Below, piece by piece: positions 37,535 to 46,480 of a DNA stretch of 64,000 nt; the stretch's first letter is position 1, and every line of letters begins with the position of its first letter. A program made the translations under genes and the position numbers. The notes under the pieces were generated by a model. It was not told where the DNA came from. It saw only the letters and a list, made by a program, of their open reading frames with translations, and did not search any database. Source of the DNA: Planctomycetota bacterium (GTDB lineage Bacteria; Planctomycetota; UBA11346); the NCBI GenBank assembly GCA_038213805.1, contig JBBQSO010000005.1, positions 32,001 through 96,000 on the forward strand. Direction: 5' to 3'.

Positions 37535-40522
37535 ATGCCCGCGAGCCCCTTCCAGGATGACGGCATCACCCCCGAGCACCTCGACCGCCTGGCCCAGGGC
37601 TGGTCGCTGCTCCACCTCGCCAGCCGCGCGCCGGAACGCGTCACGGTCTGGGATGCGGTGGTGCTCACCGCGGCCAGCGCCCATCAGGCGCGGCTCTACG
37701 AATTGCAGGTCGAACAAGCGCGGCGGCTGGGCCGCATCCCGCCGCGCACGCTCGCGCTGGTCGTCCCCGACCCCGAGGGCCGACGCGTCGGCAGCGGTGG
37801 CGCGACCCTCGGCGCGCTGCGCGCCCTGGCCGCCGCCTGTCCCGGCCGCGACCTCGCGGGGATGCGCGTGCTGCTCATCCATGCCGGCGGCGACAGCAAG
37901 CGCGTGCCGTGGGCCAACGTCATCGGCAAGCCTTTCATCCCCTTCCCGCTGCTCGCCACCGACGAGACCGTGCCGACGCTTTTCGATCATCTGCTCGCGC
38001 TGGCCGCACCGGTGCCGCGCAACCTGCCGGGCGGCGGACTGCTCACCCTGACCGGAGACGTGCTGCCCCTGTTCGATGCGGCGCGCCTGGCCTTCCCGGC
38101 GGCCGGCGGCGTGGTGGTGACCGCGCCGGTGGCCCTCGATATCGCGCAGCGTCACGGCGTGATCGGCGCCACTGCCGACGGCACCGTCACGTCTCTGTTG
38201 CAGAAGGCGAGCGCGAGCCAGCTGGTCGCCGCCGGCGTGCTGGTCGCGGGCGGCGCGGCGCTGCTCGACACCGGCATCTATGCTTTCTGCGGCGCGGCCT
38301 TCGCCGCCCTGGCCGGGCTGGCCTGCGCGGCCGACGATCCGCTGCGCGAACTGCTCGCCGATGGGCGCGAGTGCAGCCTCTACGAAGAGGTCGCCGCCGC
38401 GCTGGTGCCGGCGCAGCGGGACTGGCTGCGCGGGCGCCCGCTGGGTGCGCGCCTCAGCGCGGCGCTCGGGCCGTTCGCTCTGCGCCACCACCTTGCCGCC
38501 GACCTGCAATTCATCCATCTCGGCTCGAACGCCGAGATCATGTACCACCTCGCCAGCCCCTGGCATGGCCGCTTCGCGCGGCGTGTGCTGGCCCAGTGCG
38601 GCGCGGGCGTCGCCGAGGACGCGGTGGTCGTTGCGTCGCACCTTGATCCGGCCGCGCGCGTCGGCGCCGGCACCCTGGTCAGCGACAGCCTGCTCGGGCC
38701 CAGCGTGCGCATCGGCCGGCGCTGCGTGATCTCCGGACTCGATGCGGCTGACGACCGCCTGCAGGTACCGGATCACTGTTGCCTGTGGCAGGTTCCGCAG
38801 CTCGCGGCGGGCGGCGGTCCGGCCCTGGTCGCCAGCGTGTGCTGTGGCGTCGACGACAACCCCAAGGACGCGGCCGGCGACGGCACCTTCCTCAACCGCG
38901 CCTTCCCGCAGTGGCTTGACGATCATGGCGTCGCGCCCACTGACCTGTGGCGGACGGGCGAGGCGCGGACGTTGTGGAACGCGCGCCTGTTCCCCGTCCA
39001 GCCGGCACCGGCGAACCTCGGCATCGTCGCCTGGATGCTCGCGGCGCGGCCGACCGGGTCGCGCCAGGAGGAGCAGTGGCGCGGCAGCCTGCGTCGCAGC
39101 TTCGCCGAGCTCCACGAGCGCATGGACGCGGTCGCGCTGCTCGCGCGCCGCGAGGGCATCACCGCCAAGCTCATCAGCCACGCCATCGCGCAGGCACTGG
39201 ACGGTGCTGCAGACCACAATCTCGCCGGCATGGCCATGCAGCTCGGCGGCGAGCAGCAGCGCGAGCGCGTGGCGGCCCTTGCGGAGTCGGTGCCGGTCGA
39301 CGCGCCCCCGGCCTTTGGCCAGCCGCCGCGCAGCCGCCTGCTGCAGCTCCAATCGGATCTTGCGGCCGTGGCGAACGGCGGTGAGGCGGTCGCCGCGATC
39401 TGCGCCGCGCGCGCCTTCGCCGCGGTGCAGCAGGAGGTCGCCGCCGGCCTGACCCTGCGCCAGGGCGAGCCGGTCTCGGGCTGCGCGCCTGGCCAGCGCC
39501 ACAGCGTTTCGCTGCCGGCGCGCTTCGACATCGCCGGCGGTTGGAGCGACACCCCGCCCTACTGCCTGGAGCGGCCCGCGCGCGTGCTCAACCTGGCCAT
39601 CGCCCTCGACGGCGCGCTGCCGATCGGCGCCGAGGTCGAGACCCTGGCCGAGCCGCGCTGGGTGCTGCAGCTCGCGGATGGCCCGGAGCGGGTACTGGGA
39701 GACGCGCGTGCCCTGGCCGGTCCGCCCGATCTCGCCGACCCGCACCTGCTGCTCATCACCGCGCTTGGCATCGCCGGCTGCGGCGGCCCGGGCGGCATCA
39801 CTCAGGGCATGCGCGTGCGCACCTGGTCGCGCGTGCCCAAGGGCAGCGGTCTGGGCGCGAGCAGCATCCTCGCCGCAGCGCTGCTGACCGCGCTGCAGCG
39901 CGCCGCCGGCCGCCCCGCCGATCCGCGCACGGTCAGCGAACTGGTGCTGTCGCTCGAGCAGCGCATGACCACCGGTGGTGGCTGGCAGGACCAGATCGGC
40001 GGGCTCTATCCGGGGGTCAAGTGCATCACCAGCGTACCGACGCGGCCGCTGCGCATCACGGTCGAGCAGGTGCCGCTGATCGCCGGCGTGCGCCAGGAAT
40101 TGGAGGAGCGCCTGGTCATCACCTTCACCGGCCAGGAACGGCTCGCCAAGAACGTGCTGCAGATCGTGGTCGCGCGCTATCTGCAACGCGACCGGCGCGT
40201 GCTCGGCGCCATCACCCGCCTGGTCGAACTCGCCGGCGAGGGCCAGCGCTGTCTCGCGCTCGGCGACCTCGACGGGCTCGGCCGTGTGCTGCGTGAGACC
40301 TGGCACGCGCACCAGCAGCTCGACCCACATTGTAGCAACCCGGAGGTCGACGATCTCATCGCCGCGGTCGCCGACCTGTCCTGCGGCGCCAAGCTCGCGG
40401 GCGCGGGCGGCGGCGGGTTCATGGGCATCTTGGCGAAGGATGCGGAGGCGGCGCGGCGGATCGCGGTGATCCTGGATGGGCATCCAGGCGTGCGGACGTA
40501 TCGGTGGTCGTTGGTGGAGTGA
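37535..40522 (+). CDS. fkp: Bifunctional L-fucokinase / GDP-L-fucose pyrophosphorylase
   Basis: GSGGAT, HAGGDSKRVP pyrophosphorylase domain; PARFDIAGGWSDTPP, PKGSGLGASS, GGGWQDQIGG, GAGGGG GHMP-kinase motifs. Confidence 0.9.
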   Translation: MPASPFQDDGITPEHLDRLAQGWSLLHLASRAPERVTVWDAVVLTAASAHQARLYELQVEQARRLGRIPPRTLALVVPDPEGRRVGSGGATLGALRALAAACPGRDLAGMRVLLIHAGGDSKRVPWANVIGKPFIPFPLLATDETVPTLFDHLLALAAPVPRNLPGGGLLTLTGDVLPLFDAARLAFPAAGGVVVTAPVALDIAQRHGVIGATADGTVTSLLQKASASQLVAAGVLVAGGAALLDTGIYAFCGAAFAALAGLACAADDPLRELLADGRECSLYEEVAAALVPAQRDWLRGRPLGARLSAALGPFALRHHLAADLQFIHLGSNAEIMYHLASPWHGRFARRVLAQCGAGVAEDAVVVASHLDPAARVGAGTLVSDSLLGPSVRIGRRCVISGLDAADDRLQVPDHCCLWQVPQLAAGGGPALVASVCCGVDDNPKDAAGDGTFLNRAFPQWLDDHGVAPTDLWRTGEARTLWNARLFPVQPAPANLGIVAWMLAARPTGSRQEEQWRGSLRRSFAELHERMDAVALLARREGITAKLISHAIAQALDGAADHNLAGMAMQLGGEQQRERVAALAESVPVDAPPAFGQPPRSRLLQLQSDLAAVANGGEAVAAICAARAFAAVQQEVAAGLTLRQGEPVSGCAPGQRHSVSLPARFDIAGGWSDTPPYCLERPARVLNLAIALDGALPIGAEVETLAEPRWVLQLADGPERVLGDARALAGPPDLADPHLLLITALGIAGCGGPGGITQGMRVRTWSRVPKGSGLGASSILAAALLTALQRAAGRPADPRTVSELVLSLEQRMTTGGGWQDQIGGLYPGVKCITSVPTRPLRITVEQVPLIAGVRQELEERLVITFTGQERLAKNVLQIVVARYLQRDRRVLGAITRLVELAGEGQRCLALGDLDGLGRVLRETWHAHQQLDPHCSNPEVDDLIAAVADLSCGAKLAGAGGGGFMGILAKDAEAARRIAVILDGHPGVRTYRWSLVE

Positions 40523-40531
40523 GGGGAGGTG

Positions 40532-40758
40532 GGCTGATGTGATGGCTGATGGCTGATGGCTGATGGCTGATGGCCAGAAGATCCTTGTCCGCCGCCATGC
40601 GCTGTTCGCAGACAGCGCCTGTCATTCACCCTTTGTCTGAGGCCGGCGCGTAGAGCCGGCCTCAGCCCTCAGCCATCAGCCCTCAGCCATCAGCCATCAG
40701 CCCTCAGCCCTCAGCCATCAGCCCTCAGCCCTCAGCCCTCAGCCCTCAGCCCTCAGCC
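40532..40758. repeat. Inverted heptamer arrays (GGCTGAT)n ... (MTCAGCC)14 enclosing a hairpin
   Basis: Left 40532-40571; right 40661-40758 with 14 units; hairpin TGAGGCCGGC / GCCGGCCTCA at 40638-40664. Confidence 0.85.
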
Positions 40759-41499
40759 CGAAAAATCCAACCACCCCTGCGGCACGAACACACGCAGGAG
40801 ATTGAAGCCTGCATGCGCGCCGACCGCCACCGCCAGCCCATGGCGCAGGAAGGCGATCCCGTAGAGTACGCCGGCAGCGGTGCGCTCGATGAACACCGAC
40901 CAGCCGAAGGGTTCGGCGCCCGGGAAGTGGTTGATGAGAACGGTGTGGGCGAGACTGAAGAGCGGGGCGCTCACCGCCAGGCCGACCACGGCGGCGAGGA
41001 TGCCGGGGACGCGCAGGGTGCGCAACAGCAGCACCAGACCACCGAGCAGCAGGGCGCGGAAGATCAGCTCCTCCTGAAAGGCCCCGCAGAGGGCCAGACC
41101 GGCCGGGCCCGCGAGTTGATCTGGCCCGAACCGGTGCCACGCGCCAGCCAGGGCGACGCGCGCCGCGATCCAGGCCAGACTCCACGCCAGGGCGAAACCC
41201 AGGGTCCTGGCTGCAGGTGGCTTCCAGGGCCAGCCTCCGAAGACCTGGGCGAGCAACGCGCCCACGATCAGGACAAGGAGTGGCAGCACCGGCAGGGTCA
41301 GGCCGATCAGGCCGCCGAGATGGGCGAGGATGGGGTCGGCGAGCAGCTGCTGCTGGCCGATGCCGAATCCATGCCAGCGCAGCAATTCACCGGCGACCGC
41401 CAGCGGAACCAGGCAGACCAGGACGGTGAGGGGGGCGCGCAGCTCGGCCGCGGCGTCCGGCACTGGAGCCAGCGGGGCTGGGGGATGCGTCTCAGACAT
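40753..41499 (-). CDS. CPBP-family intramembrane glutamic endopeptidase (Abi/Rce1-like)
   Basis: EELIFR, FSLAH and AHAGFN motifs; multiple TM helices. Confidence 0.85.
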   Translation of the reverse strand: MSETHPPAPLAPVPDAAAELRAPLTVLVCLVPLAVAGELLRWHGFGIGQQQLLADPILAHLGGLIGLTLPVLPLLVLIVGALLAQVFGGWPWKPPAARTLGFALAWSLAWIAARVALAGAWHRFGPDQLAGPAGLALCGAFQEELIFRALLLGGLVLLLRTLRVPGILAAVVGLAVSAPLFSLAHTVLINHFPGAEPFGWSVFIERTAAGVLYGIAFLRHGLAVAVGAHAGFNLLRVFVPQGWLDFSG

Positions 41500-41623
41500 G
41501 GGCGGCTGACGGTGGCCGCTCGTGCGATCCTGTCCAGTCCTGACCTGGCGGCCGGCGGCGCGCGAAAGCGCAGACGGGCCAACATCTGGAGCGTCCGGGC
41601 GTCATCACTTTATGAGGTGAGCG

Positions 41624-43036
41624 ATGCGCGCCGTGCTGCCGATGATCCTGATCTGCATCTCACTCTCTACGCTTGCCGGCGCCGCCGCGTCATCGCCAGC
41701 GGGCCGCGACCCGGCCGAGAGCGGGCCGGTGTGGCTCAAGGACGAGGCCGGCAAGGACGTCATCCAGTACCAGGTGCGTTCCCCGGCCAAGCCGCAGCCC
41801 GGACGACTCGGACTCATCATCTGCTTCCATGGCCGCACTGGCGACAGTGGCAGCCTGCTCGGCAATACCGTCGCCGCACTCGACAAGGCCATGGTGCGCG
41901 ACGGCTATGTCGTCATCGGCCTGAAATCCAAGGACATCGGCTGGGAAGAGGCCGACGATGGCCCGGTCACCACCTTCATCGCCTGGGCAGTTAAGCATTA
42001 CTCCAGCGACCCGCGCCGCCTCTATGGCATCGGTTACTCGTCGGGCTCCTTCTACCTCAACCGCTTCGCACCCAACCACTCGGAGCTGTTCGCCGGCGCC
42101 ATCACCTGGGTCGGCGGGCAGCACGGAGTGCGGCCTGATCCCCATCCCGAGACCGCCGCCGACCTGTACTGGATCACCGGCAAACTCGACACCACGGTGC
42201 CCGCCGACCGCTGCCGCCCCAACATGCTCGACTTCGTCAAGCGCGGCTATCACTGCCTGTACCGCGAGATGCGCGACTACGGCCACGACACCGCCCGCGA
42301 ACCCTGCCAGGAAGACGCCTTCCGCTTCCTGCGCGCGCTGCGCAACCGTCGCCTGCCGCTGGGTGCCGAGGACCAGGCCTTCATCGATCAGTTCGCCGAC
42401 GCTGACAAGGCCAAGCGCGTGCTCTCGTCCGCGCCCGCGTGGATGCGCGTGGTGCAGATCGGCGGGCCGCAGGCAGCGCCGGCGGTGCTCGCTGGGCTGG
42501 CGAGCGACAAGGATGGCCCGCGCGGCAACGCCGCGACCGCCTGCACCACTACCATGTTCGACGGACGCGTGGTCGCAGCGCTGGTGCCACTGCTGGACGC
42601 GAAGTCCCCAGCAGTGCGCGAGCTCGCGGTGAACGCCCTCACCGCGCAGGCTGAATGGGACCAGCCGGGCGCGCAGGCTGCGCTGTGCGATTTCCTTGCC
42701 GAACCCAAGCGCCCGGCTGCCGAGCGGCGCGCGGTCGCGGCGGGTCTCGGCAAGGTCGTGCGCATCGACCTGCAAGGCTCGTACCGTTTCGCCCAGGCGA
42801 TCTGGACGCTGGTCGAAGCGCTCGACGACGAGGACGGCGGTGTGCGCGCGCTGGCTCTGGCCGGACTGGATCCTGCAAAGGCCGACGCCATGGCCTTCGG
42901 CTACAGGGCAGAGGCGACCAAGGCCGGGCGGACGGCGGCGGTGGAGCGATGGCGCACGTGGTGCCAAGGCGTGTGTGGGCCACGGCCGCTGGCGGTGGTG
43001 GCGCCGGTGCCCCCGGTTCCGGCTCCAGCACCCTGA
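41624..43036 (+). CDS. Secreted alpha/beta-hydrolase (esterase-like) with C-terminal HEAT repeats
   Basis: Signal peptide; CFHG, GYSSG nucleophile elbow, GKLDTTVP, GH triad residues; VRELAVNAL and VRALALAGL HEAT-like repeats. Confidence 0.7.
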   Translation: MRAVLPMILICISLSTLAGAAASSPAGRDPAESGPVWLKDEAGKDVIQYQVRSPAKPQPGRLGLIICFHGRTGDSGSLLGNTVAALDKAMVRDGYVVIGLKSKDIGWEEADDGPVTTFIAWAVKHYSSDPRRLYGIGYSSGSFYLNRFAPNHSELFAGAITWVGGQHGVRPDPHPETAADLYWITGKLDTTVPADRCRPNMLDFVKRGYHCLYREMRDYGHDTAREPCQEDAFRFLRALRNRRLPLGAEDQAFIDQFADADKAKRVLSSAPAWMRVVQIGGPQAAPAVLAGLASDKDGPRGNAATACTTTMFDGRVVAALVPLLDAKSPAVRELAVNALTAQAEWDQPGAQAALCDFLAEPKRPAAERRAVAAGLGKVVRIDLQGSYRFAQAIWTLVEALDDEDGGVRALALAGLDPAKADAMAFGYRAEATKAGRTAAVERWRTWCQGVCGPRPLAVVAPVPPVPAPAP

Positions 43037-43061
43037 GTCTGGCATGTCGCCCCACGGTGGT

Positions 43062-43250
43062 GACGTGCCGGGTGCCGATCCGCTGAACGAACCGTTCAAC
43101 CGTCAGGAGACTTCCTGCGACCGCGCGCCGCTGGCGCGCATGCCTTAGAGGGCGCGCCAGCCGCGCGCGGTCACGGGAATGGGTCTCGCGAGTGGAAGTG
43201 CTTCATCGGCCTGGCGTCCCAGGTTGCGCGCCCCGGCACCTCAGCCCGCC
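43062..43250 (-). ncRNA. ssrS: Probable 6S RNA
   Basis: ~189-nt rod: closing stem GCTGAGGTGCCG / CGGCACCCGGC, GCCGAT before a central bubble, TTGAAC-N5-GTTCA hairpin on the 3' side, long GC-rich apical stem; same motif order as recalled for canonical 6S. Confidence 0.55.
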
Positions 43251-43291
43251 CTGCGCTCATCCCAACCTGGACGCGGTTTACGCAGCGCGAA

Positions 43292-44464
43292 TCAGACCTT
43301 TGCCAACGCCTGATCGAGATCGGCGATCAGGTCGTCCGCACCCTCCAGCCCGACGCTCATACGGATGAGGTTGGGGTGGATGCCGAGCGTCACCAGCTCC
43401 GCCGGAGTCTTGTCATAGTAGCTCATCAGCGCCGGCTGCTCGATCAGCGATTCGGGCCCGCCCAGGCTCGGTGCCAGGTAGGGGATCTCGCAGGCGTCGA
43501 TCATGCGGCTGCCCGCGGGTAGGTCGCCCTTGACGGTAAAGCTCACCAGGCCGCCGAAACCGCGCATCTGCTTGGCCGCGATGGCATGCGCAGGATGGCT
43601 GGCAAGCCCCGGGTACCACACGCGCTCGACCTTGGGATGCTGTTCAAGGAAGGCGGCGATGCGCAGGCCGCTCTCGTTGTGGTGGCGCATGCGGATGGCG
43701 AAGGTCTTGAGCCCGCGGATCAACATGTACGCGGTGAACGGCGAGGCGAGCGCGCCGAACATGCCCTGGTGGTCACGGATCGCCTGGATCAGGTCGCTGC
43801 GCCCGACCACCACGCCAGCCATCAGGTCGTTGTGCCCGCCCAGGTACTTGGTCGCCGAGTGGATGACCAAATCGATGCCGTAGGATAGCGGGTTGAGATT
43901 GTAGGGCGTGGCCAGGGTCGCATCGATCAGGGTCTTGATGCGCTGCGCCTTGGCCAGCTTGGCCAGCTCCTCGAGATCGATGCAATTCAGGTAGGGATTG
44001 GTCGGGCTCTCGGTGATGATCAGCCGCGTCTTGGGCGTGATCGCCGCGGCGATGCCGGCGACCGAGGGCTCGCAGCTGGTGTGCTCCACGCCGAACTTGG
44101 CGAGGAACTCGCGCACGAAGACGCGCGTCTTGCGGTAGCTGTCGGCGGTGATGACGATGTGCAGGCCCGGCTTCACCATCGCCAGCAGCGTGGTGACGAT
44201 CGCCGACATCCCGGTCGAGGTCAGCAGCGCCGCCTCACCGCCGTCAAGGGCGGCGAGCTTGGCCTCGGCGACCTCCTGGGTGGGGTTGCCGTAGCGACCA
44301 TATTCCTCGGTGCGCTGGTGCTCACCGCGGAAGTAGCGGTGCAGCTCGTCGGTGTTCTCGAACGGGTAGGCCGTCGCCATGATCAGCGGCGTGACCAGGG
44401 AATCGTGGGCCTTGTCGCGCGGCTCGCCGGCGTGGACGGACAGGGTTTCGATCGAACGGGCCAT
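43292..44464 (-). CDS. metB: Cys/Met-metabolism PLP enzyme, cystathionine gamma-synthase-like
   Basis: EYGRYGNPT, GMSAI, ESPTNP, HSATKYLGGHND, APSLGGPESL, RMSVGLE. Confidence 0.8.
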   Translation of the reverse strand: MARSIETLSVHAGEPRDKAHDSLVTPLIMATAYPFENTDELHRYFRGEHQRTEEYGRYGNPTQEVAEAKLAALDGGEAALLTSTGMSAIVTTLLAMVKPGLHIVITADSYRKTRVFVREFLAKFGVEHTSCEPSVAGIAAAITPKTRLIITESPTNPYLNCIDLEELAKLAKAQRIKTLIDATLATPYNLNPLSYGIDLVIHSATKYLGGHNDLMAGVVVGRSDLIQAIRDHQGMFGALASPFTAYMLIRGLKTFAIRMRHHNESGLRIAAFLEQHPKVERVWYPGLASHPAHAIAAKQMRGFGGLVSFTVKGDLPAGSRMIDACEIPYLAPSLGGPESLIEQPALMSYYDKTPAELVTLGIHPNLIRMSVGLEGADDLIADLDQALAKV

Positions 44465-44526
44465 TGCTCAGGCGTCCGGCGGGGAAAGGGGGGCGGTGCG
44501 ACGGGCGGAGGTGAGGACGCGGGCCA

Positions 44527-45012
44527 TCAATGGCCGCTCCGGGCGAATTCCGAGAAGGTCTGGACGAGGGCGAAATCCGCGCCGTCCCAGCGGAAGGACT
44601 TGGCCTCGACGATGCGGTCCGGCTGGCAGTCGATGACGATCTGCAGCAGCCCAGGGTAGACCGGTACGCCATCCGGAGCGGCGTACTTGCGGTCCTCCGC
44701 GCTGAAATACGCCCCGCAGTCGATGTGGCTGTGGAAGAAGGCCAGCCAGTGCTCACCCGCGGCCTCAGCTTCGCGCACCAGCCGCCCCATCTTGGCTTCG
44801 TTGACGCTGAAGGCGTCGCGCGCGGTGCGCGGATACTCCACCGGGTCCATGGCGTGGAGCCGGTTGGCGAGATTGTCGAGCGGTACGCAGCGCGTCGCGC
44901 GCAGGCCGGCGGCTTCCGCGATCCCGAAAAGCAGTCCACATCCCTCGTCGGGATAGCACGCACGGGCGTGGTCCTGCATCTGGGCGATCAGCGGGCTGGG
45001 GATGGCGAGCAC
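44527..45012 (-). CDS. M67/JAMM (Mov34/MPN+) metalloprotease, Mec-like
   Basis: YPDEGCGLL, FFHSH..AYFSAED JAMM motif. Confidence 0.85.
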   Translation of the reverse strand: MLAIPSPLIAQMQDHARACYPDEGCGLLFGIAEAAGLRATRCVPLDNLANRLHAMDPVEYPRTARDAFSVNEAKMGRLVREAEAAGEHWLAFFHSHIDCGAYFSAEDRKYAAPDGVPVYPGLLQIVIDCQPDRIVEAKSFRWDGADFALVQTFSEFARSGH

Positions 45013-45201
45013 GGCGGGGTTCCTGCGTATCTGCCTGAAGGATCAGATGGGAGCGCGGTGGCGGGTCAGTCCGGGCGGCGACGCATCCGGGGTCGGCGCA
45101 GGGTAGGGGGGTGGGGCTGGGGCGCAATGCGCGTGGGGGCCCGCTCGTTGCGCGCTGCCGCTCGCGGCCTACCCTGCCGGCCCCCACGGGAGAGGACGTT
45201 C

Positions 45202-46245
45202 ATGGCCTTGCAGGACGAGCTGGAACAGGCGCAGATCGAGGCTTTGGCGGCCTTCGCCGCCGCCACCGACGCCACCGCGGTCGAGGCCGTGCGCGTCGCC
45301 TGGCTTGGGCGTAGCGGGCGCATCAAGGCGCTGCAGCAGGGCTTCGGCGCCGCCAGCCCGGAGGAGAAGCGCCAGCTCGGGCCGCTCTTCAACACCGTCA
45401 TGGAGGCGCTCAAGGCCGCCCTGGCAGCCGCCCAGGCGCGCGGCGCCAGCGCCGAGACCGATGTCCCCATCGACCTCACCCTGCCGGAGCGCCCGCGCCC
45501 GGTCGGCAGCGTCCACCCGCTCAGCCAAGTCGCCGAGGAGGTCGAGCGCATCTTCTCCAGCATGGGCTACGCCGTAGTCGACGGCCCGCACATCGAGGCC
45601 GACGAATTCAACTTCGGCCGCCTGAACATCCCGCCCGACCATCCGGCGCGCGACAGCCAGGACACCTTCTGGCTCGATCTGCCCGGCGCCGCTGAGAAGC
45701 GTCTGCTGCGCACCCACACCAGCTCGGTGCAGAGCCGCACCTACCAGCAGGTCGGGCTCGGCAACCTCACGCCGCCCTTCCGCCGCGTGGTGGTCGGCAA
45801 GGTCTTCCGCTACGAGGCGGTCGACGCCACCCACGACAACACCTTCACCCAGGTCGAGGGCTTCGTGGTCGACCGCGACATCACCGTCGCCCACCTCATC
45901 GGCACCATCCGCACCATGCTCACCGCGGTTTTGCGCCGCGACGACGTCGAGGTGCGCCTGCGCCCGAGCTTCTTCCCCTTCGTCGAGCCCGGCTTCGAGG
46001 TCGACGTGCGCCTGACCAGCGCCGAGCCCGGCAGCCGCTTCTCGCGCTGGGTCGAACTGCTCGGCTGCGGCATGATCCACCCGCGCGTCCTGGAAGCCGG
46101 CGGCATCGACCCGGCGCAGTGGCAGGGCTTCGCCTTCGGCTTGGGGTTGGAGCGCCTGGCGATGATCCGCCACGGCATCGCCGACATCCGCGTCTTCAAT
46201 GGCGCGGACCTGCGCAGTCTGGAGCAGTTTGGCGCGTACGGCTGA
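45202..46245 (+). CDS. pheS: Phenylalanine--tRNA ligase alpha subunit
   Basis: HPARDSQDTF, LLRTHTSSVQ, DATH..FTQVEG, FFPFVEP, GCGMIHP, GFAFGLGLERLAM; GAGAGG RBS. Confidence 0.96.
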   Translation: MALQDELEQAQIEALAAFAAATDATAVEAVRVAWLGRSGRIKALQQGFGAASPEEKRQLGPLFNTVMEALKAALAAAQARGASAETDVPIDLTLPERPRPVGSVHPLSQVAEEVERIFSSMGYAVVDGPHIEADEFNFGRLNIPPDHPARDSQDTFWLDLPGAAEKRLLRTHTSSVQSRTYQQVGLGNLTPPFRRVVVGKVFRYEAVDATHDNTFTQVEGFVVDRDITVAHLIGTIRTMLTAVLRRDDVEVRLRPSFFPFVEPGFEVDVRLTSAEPGSRFSRWVELLGCGMIHPRVLEAGGIDPAQWQGFAFGLGLERLAMIRHGIADIRVFNGADLRSLEQFGAYG

Positions 46246-46261
46246 ACGGAACGTCGAACAG

Positions 46262-46460
46262 GGATAGAACAAGAGGCGCGGAGACGCGGAGGACGGAGGA
46301 GGAGGGACAGGCTTGGTTCTGTCGGCTGTGCTGATGGTCGCGGTCAGCAGCGGGTAGCGCGTGCACAGAGGCGGGAGGAAGGAGTGAGCAGAGGCCTTCA
46401 CCCAGCCCAATCGGGCCGTCCTCCTCCGCCCTCCGCGTCTCCGCGCCTCCTGTTTTATCC
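46262..46460. repeat. Inverted-repeat element of the GCGGAGACGCGGAG family (best-preserved copy)
   Basis: ~42-bp arms with 3 mismatches: GGATAGAACAAGAGGCGCGGAGACGCGGAGGACGGAGGAGGA and its complement ending TGTTTTATCC. Confidence 0.85.
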
Positions 46461-46480
46461 GGCTGTCCAGCCCCTCGGGT

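Noticed and set aside
37457..40483. Very long antisense or alternate-frame ORFs (also 8017-10134, 21832-23562, 32698-34704, 4638-6452)
   Set aside because: Shadow ORFs expected opposite real genes in high-GC DNA; no motifs, and the sense genes are well supported.
40661..40758. Repeat arrays considered as CRISPR
   Set aside because: Units are 7-8 bp tandem repeats with no spacers between them, and no cas genes are present.
44527..45012. JAMM protein as part of a CBASS or ubiquitin-like defence system
   Set aside because: No CD-NTase, E1/E2 or effector nearby; the context is sulfur amino-acid metabolism.
44530..45201. Apparent 224-aa N-terminal extension of PheS
   Set aside because: Antisense to the JAMM gene; the real start is ATG 45202 with an RBS.
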